DNA of 64,000 bases from Octopus vulgaris (taxonomy: Eukaryota), in contig OX597822.1 in the NCBI GenBank assembly GCA_951406725.2, positions 58,280,001 through 58,344,000 of the forward strand, written 5' to 3'. Positions 36,623 to 50,724 of the stretch are shown here, piece after piece (position 1 is the stretch's first letter; every line of letters begins with the position of its first letter). Both the position numbers and the translations under genes were made by a program. Under the pieces are notes generated by a model. That model worked only from the letters and a program-made list of their open reading frames with translations. It made no database searches and was not told the DNA's origin.

Positions 36623-37577
36623 ATTAAACATCATCATCCCCATTTAACATCTACTTTTCCAAGTTTTCTGTGGCTGGTTGCCCATATATCATATTTCTAC
36701 ATCTCAGCACTTGCCATAAGCCCCCACCTTCAGTACTACACTCACCCCAATTAATGAGTTTTCTCTTGCATGCCATTTGGTGACCTCACTAGTGCTGGAG
36801 ACACAGCAAAGTACCTAATACACTTTGTAAAGTGGTTGGTGTTAGGAAGGCCCAGCTGAAGAAACAACACCAAAACAGAGCTCAATACAGTCCTCTGACC
36901 TATCAGATCCTGTCAAATCATCTGAACTATGCCATGGAATATGGATATTAAATGATGATATCATCAATTTTACATCCAATGGTTGGAATGGAGAATAGAC
37001 ACACTTCACGTGGAAGAAAAAAAAAGTTTGTGAAAACTATATGAACCTATGATTAGGGCTAAAACAGGCTTTGATAGGAAACAAGTGAAAAATAAAGGAG
37101 TTTTAGAAAGTAACTGAAGCCATAAAAATAGGTCAAGTAGAGCTAAATAGGTCAAGACTGATCATCAGCAAATCTTTTAGGTTAAGAGAGGCTTGATCAA
37201 TAACCCAAACAAAATCAGCAGATCATATAGGTCAACTGAGATTAGATCAATACACCAAGTACAACAAGTAGACCATGTAGGTCAAGCAATGGTGAGATCA
37301 AATCAAAGTCTAACTGGAAATAAAGTTTACAACAACAAATGCTTTCTTTCCCTTCAGACACACAGACAGACAGACACACACACACACTCTCTCTCTTTCA
37401 CTAAGCAACCCTAAGTCAAAGTAGAACAGTTCTGCTGTGGGACACATAACAGATCTAAAGGTAATAAGTAAATGCCATTAATTTAAGACCAGAATACTAA
37501 ACATTAGCACCAAGAACCAACAGAAACAACAACATTCTAGAATCAATGATTTTATCTGTTTATTCCTCACTCCCTCC

Positions 37578-37582
<5 letters not shown>

Positions 37583-37626
<44 letters not shown>
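37583..37626. repeat. (TA)n microsatellite
   Basis: Directly visible. Confidence 0.98.
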
Positions 37627-37629
<3 letters not shown>

Positions 37630-38948
37630 TTCTTTTTTAAACACTGCTCATGGTTTAGTAATAAAGACACCCTGCAAAATACACCAGGAAATAATCCAAA
37701 AGGTATTATAACATACACACACACCTCAAGCATTATCTTGAGATATTTTAGAACCTGTCTATCAGAGAAAAAAATGCAAGAATGTTATTCTTCAAAATTT
37801 ACAGCTAAATATGTCATCTTTATCTTGTTTCTCTATTCACACACATATTTTAAATAGAAGTAAATTCATGTGGCCGAATAAGTGTACGTGTATACATGCA
37901 AGCTAAATACATATGCTGGAGATTACATAAGAGTAGTGTGGGAAGCATTGAAGAGAAATTCCAAACCCAATAAATCTGGTGATTCTCTGAAGAGAGATGA
38001 GTGACCTTTAAAACAAATGGCATGCCGGGTCAGACAGCACAGAGACTGAAGATCTAATAGAGGCAACATTTTCAATACACAATCCTACTATAGTTTCAAT
38101 TCAAATCACAGTTGAGCAAGAAAGATGATGAGACAGCAACGGAACAAGGAAGTACCAATCTCAGGCGATGCCAGTGGATGAGATAATGTCAAACAAGCGA
38201 TCGGAATCAACTGTTAAAGCCAACTATCATGTTAACAACCCATGTTGTCTACACAACCAGTCCACTCACATAGCAGCAACATACATACCTAGTAATCAGT
38301 CAGGAAAAGTTTAAATAGGTGAAGATATTGGTGTTATGTAAGGTTTTAGTAGAGATATGTAAGGGGTATTACTAACAAGTTCTTACTTGTACTGCAATAC
38401 ATGCAGAGAGTGAGAGGAGACAGACAGACAGAAAAGGAGAATTGTGACATGAACAGCAATAGTTGATGGTTGTGAAGATGGTTAACCCTCTTGGGACACC
38501 CAGGCCGACTGATTGGCCCAAGTGATACAAGCTGAAAGGACTTTGAGGCCAATCCATTGACCCAATAAAACAAACATTGTGAATGGTTGGTTTTGAAGTG
38601 TAATAACCAATTAGAGATCGTCTTTCAGCACAAATTTTTTTTGTTTTTTCACAGAAACATTTCTGCTTATTATTTTATTTATTTACCTGTATTGTGGTGT
38701 TCTAGGCTTTCTTATTATGATAGATGTATAAGCTTTCATAATATATATAGTTTTACATACTAACAGTTTTAGGCACTTTATCCTTTGTTTTGTACATGCA
38801 CCCATGAATTTCAATTTCAACAGAAAAAAAATTTGTTCTTTGGACACCATATGTCTCAAAAGGGTGAAGTTGTGCAATTTCACGAGCCACAAGCTCCTGA
38901 ACTTAAGAGTATATTTTGACATACTACTCTACGCTAAATGTTCAGTTA

Positions 38949-39150
38949 TCTTAATATATAAAACAGAGCTTTGTGTGTGTGTGCTTATGTTCCTTATGGA
39001 TTCAAAAACTGAGTTGCTGATTTTGATGTATGAGGTATCAAAAATTTCAGTAATCTTTTGGCTACCAAATAAAGCATGTTTTTTGCACAACTCATTTTTA
39101 CTACAAAAATAACCTCGAAAACAAGATCAGGTCACACAATTTTGAGGTCT
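38949..39150 (+). mobile_element. 5' fragment of a non-autonomous Helitron
   Basis: A|TCTTAATATATAAAA start followed by (TG)n, as in the 47401-48502 element; no CTAG end found. Confidence 0.45.
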
Positions 39151-39175
39151 TTGGCTAAGATAGGCAACTCTGCCT

Positions 39176-39313
39176 GACTAAACCCAGTAAAATAATGTAT
39201 AAAGACTTAATAGCTTCAAATTTAAGGTAATGAATTACTAACCACAAGACAATGAGTTCAATATGAAGTTTTGAACATTATTGTCTTTAAACATTATTTT
39301 ACTGGGTTTAGTC
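39176..39313. repeat. 138-bp foldback element
   Basis: GACTAAACCCAGTAAAATAATGT ... ACATTATTTTACTGGGTTTAGTC perfect 23-bp inverted repeat extending imperfectly to ~45 bp. Confidence 0.9.
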
Positions 39314-41369
39314 TTTCACCTGTTGCCATGATGGGGGTATCGCCTTCAAAAATTTAGTTGATCATACTGACCTCAGTACATATTTCAATCTGGCATTTAT
39401 TTTATAGATCTCTACTTGATGAACTGTTAACATTGAAACAAAATGGGACACAATACTTGATTTAACAACAAATGTAAACGCACACACACACATATTAGGT
39501 GCAAGAATGACTGTCGTAGAGAAGTTTGCTTCCCAACCAAATAGTTTCACGTTCAGTCCCTCTGCAGGGTACCTTGGGCAAGTATTTTTCTACTATAGCC
39601 CTAGGCCAACCAAGACTTGTGGCTGAATTTGGTAGACAGAAACTGCAGCATTGTTCATCAGAAAATGACCAAAAATCATGCTTATAAAGAACAGTTGTTT
39701 GTTTCATACTCCTCGTGTGCCAATTCTACCCATAAGAAAGGAACAAATAATACAATGTGGCTGTAGGCCACAATACTCAGGTAACACCAAAGCACATTGT
39801 AGAATATTATAAGATCTTTGTCATAGGGAAATGTCTCTTGATGAACTATGTATTTTTATATCCATAGACTTGTCTCAGTGAATTATCTATCCTGAAAATA
39901 TATAAACACCGACTAAACCAAAAGGGACACCATGCCTTCATAATACAACTGTGAGCATATGAAAACTATAATCATAAAACTTTCAATTCTGGTGAGTGTG
40001 TTTGTGCGTGTGTGTATACACATGTACACACACATATATGTATATATATATATTCAACATCATTTTAAAACCCACTTTTCTGTTTGCATGGGTCAGATGG
40101 AATTTGTTGAGATGGATGCCCTTCATTTGCCCTGAAACAAAGCATTATTTCCCCATTGCAGGACATGTTTTCACTTAGGATGGCAATGAAGGACACCACT
40201 TCTATGATGATAATTGTTTACAACCATCATATAATGTCAAGCTCTTTATGACCCACAATCCCAGTGTCCCCTAGGGTTTGGTTTTTCACTCACTCAGAGC
40301 CTTCCACAGATAAATGTCCTACCTGCTGTCACATCAAACAATACCTACATTTATATAGATGACTCTACCCTTCATAATTCTCTCATCCTCTTCCAACCAT
40401 GCATCATCCACATGCAACCTTGAAACCAAAGACCAATCATAGACTAACCCATGAATGCTACCTTCTCTTTCTGTCTTTTCTACTGGTACTACAAAGGCTT
40501 CTGTTTTGTAGGGCTGGCTGGCTGGCTGGTCATCTACCACCTGTACTCATACACTCTGTACTTTACTTGTTTCTCTTCCTCTGACTTTACCCATGTGACG
40601 CCTAACCACGCTGGAATTTCTTCCCTGCTCATGACTTTTGTATAGCTGTTGAGCAAATATATGTGTGTGTGTGTAGATAGATAGAGACAGAGATCAAGAG
40701 AGAGCATTACAACTGAAAACAAAAGCTGTCATATTTCATAATTTTTGACTGTTTCTTTTCTTCTATCTAAACAGAATTTTAATGGAGGTCAGACTGCATG
40801 TGTGTGCATGCACACATGTGTCTCTACATACAAACACACACACACATGAACAACATGTATGTGCATGCATTTGCCTTTTGAATAGGACATATTCTAAATC
40901 TATCTTAGCAGGGGATGTTTTCTCAGAGCTCTCAAATTGGAATCTTGTATGTACATGGACAAAGAAATGAAAACATAATTTTTAAATATACTTTCACCAA
41001 ACAGAACACATACAAGTATGTTTATAATAAATATGTGTGTGTGTACGTGTTATGAAAATACACTAGGGTTTTGCTACATATATATAGAGAGATAGGTAGA
41101 TAGATATAGACAGATATACGTACACACATGCACAGACATATGCTGACAATGATGGTGATGAATAAATAAATAAAAATGGCTTCAGATCCCAGCCATCTGC
41201 TGCAGTTAAGGAAAATGTCACCAAAGATTGCAGGTATTGTTACAAAATAAATAAATCTTGATTTGATGTAAGAAGGAAAGAGAGAGGATAGTCGGCGAGA
41301 CAAAATATAAAGAATATTAAAGAATATAAAGGAAAATAGTAATGATATTAACACAGCCAGTATCATTAC

Positions 41370-41630
41370 TATTATGGATATCATCATCATCATCATAATA
41401 TGCTACACTACATTCAACAATTACCTAAACTGCTTTGATAAAATATTAAATATACTGAGTGTGGCAATGATAATGATGATAACAATAGTGACCAAGGTAT
41501 TGGGTGATATTGGTAATAGTGATGAGAGTAATGGTGGTGGTGGTAATGGTAGCAGTAACAATGATGATGGTGATGGTAAGTTGTAGCAATGATAGTGGCA
41601 CTGATGATGATGATGATGATGATGATAGAG
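41370..41630. repeat. Low-complexity (GAT/GGT/AAT)n region
   Basis: Trinucleotide runs giving spurious poly-D/H/S/I ORFs in all frames. Confidence 0.9.
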
Positions 41631-43880
41631 TGCAAGAAAAACAGAAAGACTGCACCAAAATGGAAGAAAGGAAAAAAAAAAAGAGTAAAGAAGGGACAAT
41701 AAGAACATGAAGCAGAACAAACAATAGGATGATCCTGTTAAAAGAATCAGCCCCTTATGAGATCAGTTGGGAGAAAGGGGAAGTGCAGAGGTGGACACTA
41801 CTGACAAAGGGCATATAGAAACCTTGGAAAATCTGTTTGTCCAACAGGGGGGAGGGGGAGCGTTACAATGGAAACAATAAGAACAAGGTAGCACAAAGTC
41901 AGTTAATAGTGGTGGTGGTGGTAGTAGTAGTAGTAAGAGCAGCGGTGGTGGTATTTGTATAGAATTACTAGTTCACCCACCTCTGCTCTTCCCTTGCTAG
42001 AATTCCCACCTCCACACCCACCGACAAAGTCCTTTATAACACCTGCTACAGGTACATATAGTAAGTATACTATATAACAGCACCCTTACCCCCAACTCCC
42101 CGTCACCTTCCCTTCCTCCATGATATGATAGAGCAGAGGTGGGCTGGGGTTGGCAGTAGCCAGGAGCGGGAGGGGAAGGAAGAAATAGCACTGCCATTTG
42201 AGATGAAAATTACATGCCAAAGAACTGGTGGAGGTGCAGCAAGCAGGGAGGGGAGAGAGAAAGTAGAATTATGGATAAGAGTTGAGGTGAAGGTGAGAAG
42301 TAGGGAGGGGTTGCTCATATATAAAAAGAAACCTCCATCAGCTGTTCCAACCTTATCTGCATTGGAATAATTGTCATTTCTGAAAAGGGATTAATATGAA
42401 ACAAAATCAATACAAAAGAAAATTAGGTGGGGAGGAGAGGAAGTGGGGCAGGGATGCCAACCTCAGGAGGGAATGGGTTGGGGAGAGAAAGAGAGAGAGA
42501 GAGAGACAAGGGCTATTTTTAATCTGATGCTTTTCAACTTTGTCTTCTTCCAGGACCCTGTGCCATCTGGGATTTTTCCCAAGGTTTCTTCTTCTTTTCC
42601 ATACCATCAGGGAAAGAGCAACTGTTGACGGTTATATCATTGTCAAGGCACACAAACAATATAAGCGTCTTTTTCTTTCATCTCTTATTTATTTATTTAC
42701 TTACAATGAATAAACATTTCCCACTTGAGAAAAAGGCTTAATAAAACATTAGATTGCACCATTGTGATGACGATGATGGTGGTGATGGTGATGATGTCAG
42801 TCAGTGGTTTTATGTGAAGTAGGATCAAGCAAACAAAATGAAATATTTACAAATGTAGTAAGTATTAAATGCAGCAATAAGTCATCTGTAGTGTTTCTAG
42901 TTCAGTTGGTAACAACTTCTACACATTCAATATCTCTGATGCCATTTGCCTTAATTCTTCTTAACCCTTTAGCATTCAGATCACTTTATCACCCTATGAA
43001 ATGTAATGCTTATTTTTTTTCACACTGCTTTGAATTAATCATGCATCATCTCATAGCGTCAAGATTACAATGATACGATTGTCAAGGACTGGCAAACCAG
43101 ACACCAATCTGATCTGGCAGAGTTTCTACAGTTGTATGCCCTTTCTAACGCCAACCACTCCGAGAGTGTAGTGGGTGTTTTTATGTGCCACCGGCACAAG
43201 GGCCAGTCAGGCCTTACTGGCAATGGCCATGCTCAGAATAACATTGTAGGGTAAGTGTGAGAGGCTGGATGTGGCCAGTTTGAACCTGATATAGCTGGTT
43301 TAAATGCTAATGAGTTAAGGTGAGTGGAGAATAAGGTACATCTCTGAGATTGCTACCTTCTAAACAAAAATACTGGAATATAACATTGTAAATAATCACA
43401 GATAGGGGGCACAAGGGTTTTATGTCCAGGTTGGCCCCAACTGAGAAGATCTATGATCAATAGATTTTCAGCCATGACAATCATGTATTTTTTCTAGACT
43501 ATACTGTATTATGTTATCTCATTTTTAGGACATTATGGTGTAGTTTGATGGAGATTTTGGATGCTATTTCTCACAGGTCAAAAGACCAAAGTGCCTCATT
43601 GATTCTCGGAGTTTAAAGTTGGTTTTAAAAGAGTTGATAAAGTACTCAGCCCTAAGCAGGTGTATCCTCAAAATAGGAATTTAATGATATCATCGTCATC
43701 ATCATTTAACATCTGCTTTGCCTGCTGGCATGGGCTGGCTGGTTTGACTGAGGATTGGCAAGCCAGAAGGGTGTACCAGGCTCCAGTCTGATCTGCCAAA
43801 GTTTCTACAGCTGGATGCCCTTCCTAATGCCACCACTCCGAGTGTAGTGGGTGCTAACTCTAGCCAGTCCTGCTTAATTT

Positions 43881-44290
43881 GAGTGGCTGTGTGGTTAAGT
43901 AGCTTGTTTACAAACTACATGGTTCCGGGTTCAGTCCCACTGCATGGCACCTTGGGCAAGTGTCTTCTACTATGGCCTCAGGCCAACCAAAGCCTTGTGA
44001 GTGGATTTGGTAGATGGAAACTGAAAGAAGCCCATTGTGTGTGTGTGGATATATATATTTATATATATGTATGTATGTGTGTATGTTTGTGTGTCTGTGT
44101 TTGTTCCCCCAACATCACTTGACAACCAATGCTGGTGTGCTTACGTCCCTGTAACTTAGCGATTCAGCAAAAGAGACTGATAGAATAAGTACTAGGCTTA
44201 CAAAGAATAAGTCCTGGGGTCGATGTGCTTGACTAAAGGCGTTGTTCCAGCGTGGCCACAGTCAAATGACTGAAACAAGTAAAAGAGAAA
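43881..44290 (+). mobile_element. SINE family A, near full length
   Basis: Head to tail recognisable. Confidence 0.92.
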
Positions 44291-47200
44291 GAGTATGGCA
44301 TGGACACAAAGCATTTAACAGGTATTTCCAGCCAATGCCATTTAATATTGATTTGTGGGGGGTCTTGTTCTAAATTACTTTTCAAACACAGGGCCACACT
44401 TAATGTATGCTGTAGCATACAAACATTCTAGATACATTCAAAGGAACTTGGTCAAGCAATGGGCAACAAATTGTTCCACCAACAAACATGCAGTTGGATC
44501 TTTTTCTGTTTTATTCTATCTCTGCAATTCTCCGACCCTACCTAATATTTTGTTACAGACACTAGTAACAGTCAGTCAATCTGAACATCAACCAAATGAA
44601 TCTGGCCAGTCTGGGAAGATCCATCCAAAATCCAATAGCATTGCTTATCTAACCCTGTTAAAGAAAATGTCAGTTTAAGCCTTTAGCATTCAGATTATTC
44701 TGCCAAATGTAATGTGAATAAAATTATTTATTCACATTGTTTTGAATTAATCATGAATTATCTCTTAGCTTTGAGATATCTATGATGAGATTGTTTATTT
44801 TTAGAATGAAATTGTAGGGTAGGTATGAGAGGCCAGATCTGGTTGATTTGAACATAAAACAAGGTAGAAAGCTAAAGGGTTAATAAACAGGGAGGTTAAA
44901 TTACTATGGGGCAGATTCATTTCTGGTTCAAGTGGTGACTGAGAGAGAACAAGGAAGACCTGGGTGAATTAAATGATTTGGTCATTGGGTTTTGAGTTCA
45001 ATACACAGATAATCCTTTTTAACCCTTCAGCATTCAGATTACTCAGCCACATTCACATTCTTTTAAATCAATCACATATTATGTCATTGCTTTGAGATTT
45101 TGATGATGCATTGGTTTATTTTCAGAATGACATTGTAGGCTAAGTGTGAAAGGCCAGATCCGGCTAATTCGAACACAGAACAGGTAGAATATTTGGGCTG
45201 GATATGGCTGACTTTAATGCTAAAAGGTTAATATAGATGATGTGCAGCAAAAATTATCATCATCATTATCGGTTAAGATCTGCTTTCCCTGTTGGCATGG
45301 GTTGGACTGTTTGACATGGTTTCTACAGCTAGATGCCCTTCTTAACACCAATCACTTAACAGTGAGTGCCAGGTGCTTTTACAAGCCACCGGCACAGGTG
45401 TGCTGATGAAGCACTGGCATGGGTGCTTTTTAGGTGGCACCGACACCTGAAAGGACAAGCCTGTATGTATGGAAGACAGCAATTTTACTTAGCTTGACGT
45501 GTCTTATCAGGTACAGCAAATCGCCACATCACCCAGTCCCTTATTATTTCCTCAGTGAGGCCCAGCATCTGAAATCCCCACATTGTTTTCCTGTTTTCTT
45601 TTAGATTTCCATGTCCCTATTCATGCTGACAATGTCCCCATTCTCTGCAACAGATATTTATAAAATAATCTGCTCTGGTTCAACGGAACTGGAAGACATT
45701 GTGAGAGGAGTTGACTGTCACCATCAATGTGTATGCAAGGGGAAATTTAAACAGAGAGAGAAACTAACCCACAATAAAACCTACAGTTTTTTTTTCCTTT
45801 TTGCAAATTGCATACACTTGTAAAGAATATCATTGCATATTTGTGTTTCAATAGGCCAGTAGATTAGTTCAACATTTACACAGCAAATCTATCTTCGAGT
45901 GTAATTTGTCTCTTCATATTTTCTTTTAAACCTTTTTTTGACATTTTAGCAATAAACACAGGAATGATCATTTTAGGTAACACACACACACACAAATAGA
46001 AATGAATAAAAAAATTTTTTATTAATATCTAAATTAATTATTCAAAAAAAAAAAAAAAAAAAAGTACAATTCTTTCCAAGTTAATAATTCCTACGTTTTG
46101 GCAGCAAGTGACATTTTTTTAAAGTCAACACTTTCTGCTGTCATTGAAACATGTTACTGGCTGTAGCACTGATGCACCACCACCACTACTGCCATCACCA
46201 TAATCAACACTGCCACCATCACCCCCACCCCCACCATTATGGAATACATTCAGGAGCAACAATTGATATTTTGACAGTAATCTGACAAGTAAATGCCTCA
46301 GAAAATAAAGAAGAAAAAAAATGTAGACCAGCATTTGATGTGTGTCGCATCACCCCACCTCCAACCAACATAATTTTCCAAAGCCAGGCAGCTATATCAA
46401 GAATGAGCTTCCTTATTTATGAGACGTAAAAGCAAGAGTAATTAAATAGAAACATATAAACAAGAATTAATGGAATGGAAAGCATAACTAGTAGAGGCTG
46501 AACCAAATGGAAACAGAAAACCAAAATGGAAAAGTAGAAAATTTATAAATCCATATCTATCAATGGGAAAATTTACTTTGTGTGTAAATTTAAATTGTTT
46601 GGGTGGTAGAGGAAATCATTTACCCTATTTAACACCCTGACTTGGCCCAGGGATGTCAGTAGAAAGGTTCATTCTGTTGTAAGGATGCAGTTCAGGTCCA
46701 TGGCTCCAGCACATAATGATATGATGCTCTTTCACATGGTAGTCACAAAGTAGAGATGGTTCTCCAATGAAGACTCTCTCTCTACCAGACACAATAGGGA
46801 CCCAGCCCTGTGAGTAATGTTTGTCCTCTCTGTTGAAAGGTTCAGTTGCATCTTATGTCTTCCAACTAGATTACTTACAAAGATTAACCCTTTAAAATTC
46901 AGATGATTTTGTCAAATCTTATGCCTATTTATGCACATTATTTTAAACTAACCATACATAATATTGTAATGTCAAGATTTTAATGACGTGATTTTTTAAT
47001 TACTAGAATGACATTGTGTGGAAGCGCAATGGCCCAGTGCTTAGGGCAGTGGACTCGCGGTCAGAGGATCGCAGTTTCGATTCTCAGACCGGACGTTGTG
47101 TGTGTTGGCGACCCCTATTGTACTCTATCGCCCCAACTTTCTCTCACTCTTTCTTCCTGTTTCTTGAGTAATGCATATATGAATATAGATAAATGAATAT

Positions 47201-47400
47201 AAATAAAAAGTAATCGAAAAAAAAAAAAAAGCAAAGAAATTACTATCATGAGAGAAAAGGGGGAGTGGGGCAATAAATTTCTGTAGAATTGGTATTGTTA
47301 ATGAGTAAACTCCAAAACCATTCATAATACAGACAATACACTGCTTTGGTTTAATTCAGTTATAAATTATTTTTAAAGCAGACAAAGTTATGTATGCTAA

Positions 47401-48502
47401 CTAGCAAACGCACCCGTCCTTTGGACGGTTTAAGTTGCTTTGGTAGTATTTTTTTCACCAAACAATTGAACTACCAAGGGGATTTATGAGTAGCACGGCA
47501 ATTTATGTTTCTGATTAACCTGGGAATGGAAAGTCAAAATGAAGGCTGGTTATTGCGGAGGTTGTTGCACTTTAATGATCATAGAACATATAAGCTGGCA
47601 AGCAATGCAAAGTAGAGTTACTAAAATGTTTTGGGAGTAGATTATGGATAATGACAACAAAATATAGTTGTTTTACATGAAAGTGAAATTTCTTGTCAGA
47701 AACATCCATATAAATGATGTAATGAAATTGAAGGAAGACGTTGAAACTTCCCCTCTGCAAGTTTATTTTTTCAACAGCAAAGGGAGCTATTTTTTCGGAG
47801 AGATAAGCTAACAAAAGCCCCTTTATTCTGTCTTCCCACATAGCCTTCACATAAACTAACAGCAAATGCTGCATAAAGTCAGATTGGTGTGGAGCTTTCT
47901 GAAAGATACACATAGCTTTTGCTAGTAGAAGCAAAACTCCTATTTAAAGGTTGATTGTTTAGGATGAATTATATGTGATTGCTTAAAAAAGGCTAGAATG
48001 ACAATGCTAAAACATATTTGAAATAACGGACAACAGTCAAAATATCATAATGGATGGGTCAATAAACACCCTTGAAGTAAAACAACACTTTGGTAGGTAA
48101 ACAAAGGTATCAACAAATAGAAGAGAGGGAAGGGAACATCGCCTTTCAAAAAGGTAAGCTTGCCAAAGTTTAATGCAGATTAAATATGAAGACTATTTAC
48201 TACTGGATATCCATCGCGTACAGTATTCCTAGTCAATTTAATCACCGTGGTAGGTTGAAATAAATAAATAAATAGATAAAATCCTTCTACTCGTATAAAA
48301 AGATTAAAATACTATGGGAAGACCCTACATACAAAAAAACCATGTCCATTTACGCAAGAGATCTGGGCAAAATGTTTAGTGCATGGCCATCCTTGGGACA
48401 TAAGCAATGTGTGTGTAAAGTTTGGTGAAAATTGGTTGAGAATTGTGGAAATGTATGCATTAGTCGTTATACACACACATACTGTTATTTATATATACTA
48501 GA
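47401..48502 (-). mobile_element. Non-autonomous Helitron, both ends intact
   Basis: Minus strand A|TCTAGTATATATAAATAACAG + (TG)n at 5'; 3' hairpin CCGTCC-aaa-GGACGG 9 nt before CTAG|T; inserted in an AT dinucleotide, no TSD. Confidence 0.85.
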
Positions 48503-49043
48503 TAATATACTATGGTGTGTGTATACTGTCTCTCTCTCATCAATTCACAGCACTTTTCACTAATATACATCATTCATTCAGATTATATAATTAATAGTAT
48601 AACTGTTTCTCCTACATACATTCACATTATATAAGTGTAATAATAATGCTGTTCCTCCTACAGACATTAATTAATGCTGTTAACAATATAGCTATACAAC
48701 ATTCATAAACTTATTGAAAATTTTCTAACTCAAAATCTCAGTTTTGTAAAGACTGAACAGAAAATACCTAAAAATGGATTTGTGCCTTTACTTATGGTTA
48801 GATTATTATGGAAACTGGTAGCATTGCAGAAATGGCTCAGTTTTCCTAATGTAACCTGTGCTAAAAATAATGTTGTGCCTATGTGGTTGTTAATTAATTG
48901 AATAATAATAACTATTAAAAAAAAAAAAACACTCAAACATGATGAAAATAAAGATTAAATATAATGAGTTATAACTGATATAAACATAAACATCAAAAAG
49001 AAAAAGAAATATGACAAACAGGTTCTCCTTTACTTTTTTCTAG

Positions 49044-49103
49044 CTTATTCATGGTGTAATTTACAGGCAAGTTGTTACACCTATCAGAAAACAACATACC
49101 CAG
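49044..49103 (+). other. Candidate 60-nt internal exon of an unidentified transcript
   Basis: Acceptor TCTCCTTTACTTTTTTCTAG and consensus donor CAG|GTAAGT; open in two frames (LIHGVIYRQVVTPIRKQHTQ or xYSWCNLQASCYTYQKTTYP). Confidence 0.35.
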
Positions 49104-50329
49104 GTAAGTATGAATTTTATCAATACACGTAATAACAAATATGACTACTTCATTTTGCTCTGCACAAAAATTAGCTTGTTGGATAAGTGTACCAATTAAA
49201 ACTCAACAGAAATAGTTGAAACGAATACACAACAGTCCTCAAGGCATTTTTGAACCAACAGCACTCACAAATAACTTAATATCTAACCATTCTTCAAGTA
49301 ATAATTTGTTCAAATCACCTGATGAAAAAGTAGATACACTGATGTTATACATCAAGTGTTCACAAATAAAATAATTTATTCTGGTTATTATCAAAAAGCC
49401 ACTCAAAAAATGATTAGCAAACATTTTTCAAAGTGTGTTTTGATGAAAACTACTTCAGGTAAAATTTGCAAAGATGCAGCAACATGAGAATCAATGTCAG
49501 TAATAAACATTGTAGAATGTAAACAAAGTGATAAAGAAAGGAAGTAATTTCTCCTTTAGATTATTAGGGAGTTCATAACTTTATTTAACCCTTTAGCATT
49601 TAGATTATTCTGTCAAATGTAACATTTATTTATTCACATTGCTTTGAATTTATCATACGTTATCTTGTAACTTTGAGATTTTGATTATGTGACTATATTT
49701 TTTAGACTAAAATTGTAGGGTAGGTGTGAGAAAGCAGATCTGGTCAATTTGAACATAATACAGCAAGAAAATTTTGGCCAGATATGGCCGATTTAAATAT
49801 CAATGTAAATAATGATGGTTTGATTCATGTGGTTTCAGGTAGTATAGGATTGACAGATATGGTGCCATGTTGATCCATGTCTTACAGGACATTAAAAGTC
49901 TAATTAATTCTATTAACAATATAGTTGTCTCTCCTGCATACATTAACAAATACCTTTTGTTTCTGTCTATTTTCCCCATCTAACTTGAACTTAATGCAGT
50001 ACATCATAGACACAAACATAGCTGTGTGCCTAAGAAGGTTACTTTGCAACCACATGGGCGTGAGCTCAGTCCCACAGCATGACATCTTGGCCATCTTCTT
50101 CTATAGCTCTGGGCAGACCAATGCCTTTCTGAGGGAATTTGATAGAAAGAAACTGTGTTGAAGCTCATTGTGTGTGTGCATATATATCAAGCTGAGTTTT
50201 TTTTTGCCTTTCACTGATAATTTTTGGCAATTTGTATCTCCGTGATGATGATGATGCTATATCATTAATTTGATACATGTTATCCAATTGTTGCTGAATT
50301 GTTTGTTTATTCTTTATTTTACAGTTTTT

Positions 50330-50720
50330 AATGAGTGGCCAAAAAAATTGCAATTAGAGCCATTTAATGCAACCTTTGAAAAAAAGGACTGAGTGCGCGG
50401 ACAGCAGCAGAAGAAATTAATGATGTGGAAATCTCAGGAATGGTCAAAAAACACGCAGCATAAAACTAGTTCAGATATTTCGAGGAAGGTGACAGCAGCT
50501 TCGAAGTCAAACCAAGGTCAGGGAGATCCTTTGCTGTAGAAGATGACGCTTTGCTTGAAATAGTTGAACAACAGCCAAACACAAGCACTTGTACATTGTC
50601 AGTAGAACTTGGTCCTCCACAAATTCAGCCTAGAGAACAGATGCTGTCAAGAAGCTCCTCATGAACTGACCAATGAGAACTGCCTTTTGATTTAGAAATG
50701 TATTGGCTGATTATCTAATA
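50330..50720 (+). mobile_element. mariner (DD34D-type) transposase N-terminal relic
   Basis: KGLSARTAAEEINDV...FRYFEEGDSSFEVKPRSGRSFAVEDDALLEIVEQQPNTSTCTLSVELG, mariner bipartite HTH with RSGR linker; catalytic region deleted. Confidence 0.85.
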
Positions 50721-50724
50721 CAAA

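Noticed and set aside
37900-38560. Complex-looking sequence possibly coding
   Set aside because: All frames interrupted; probably an old LINE remnant but no motif clear enough to call.
41022-41724. Cluster of overlapping ORFs with poly-His, poly-Asp and poly-Ser
   Set aside because: Trinucleotide low-complexity DNA open in many frames.
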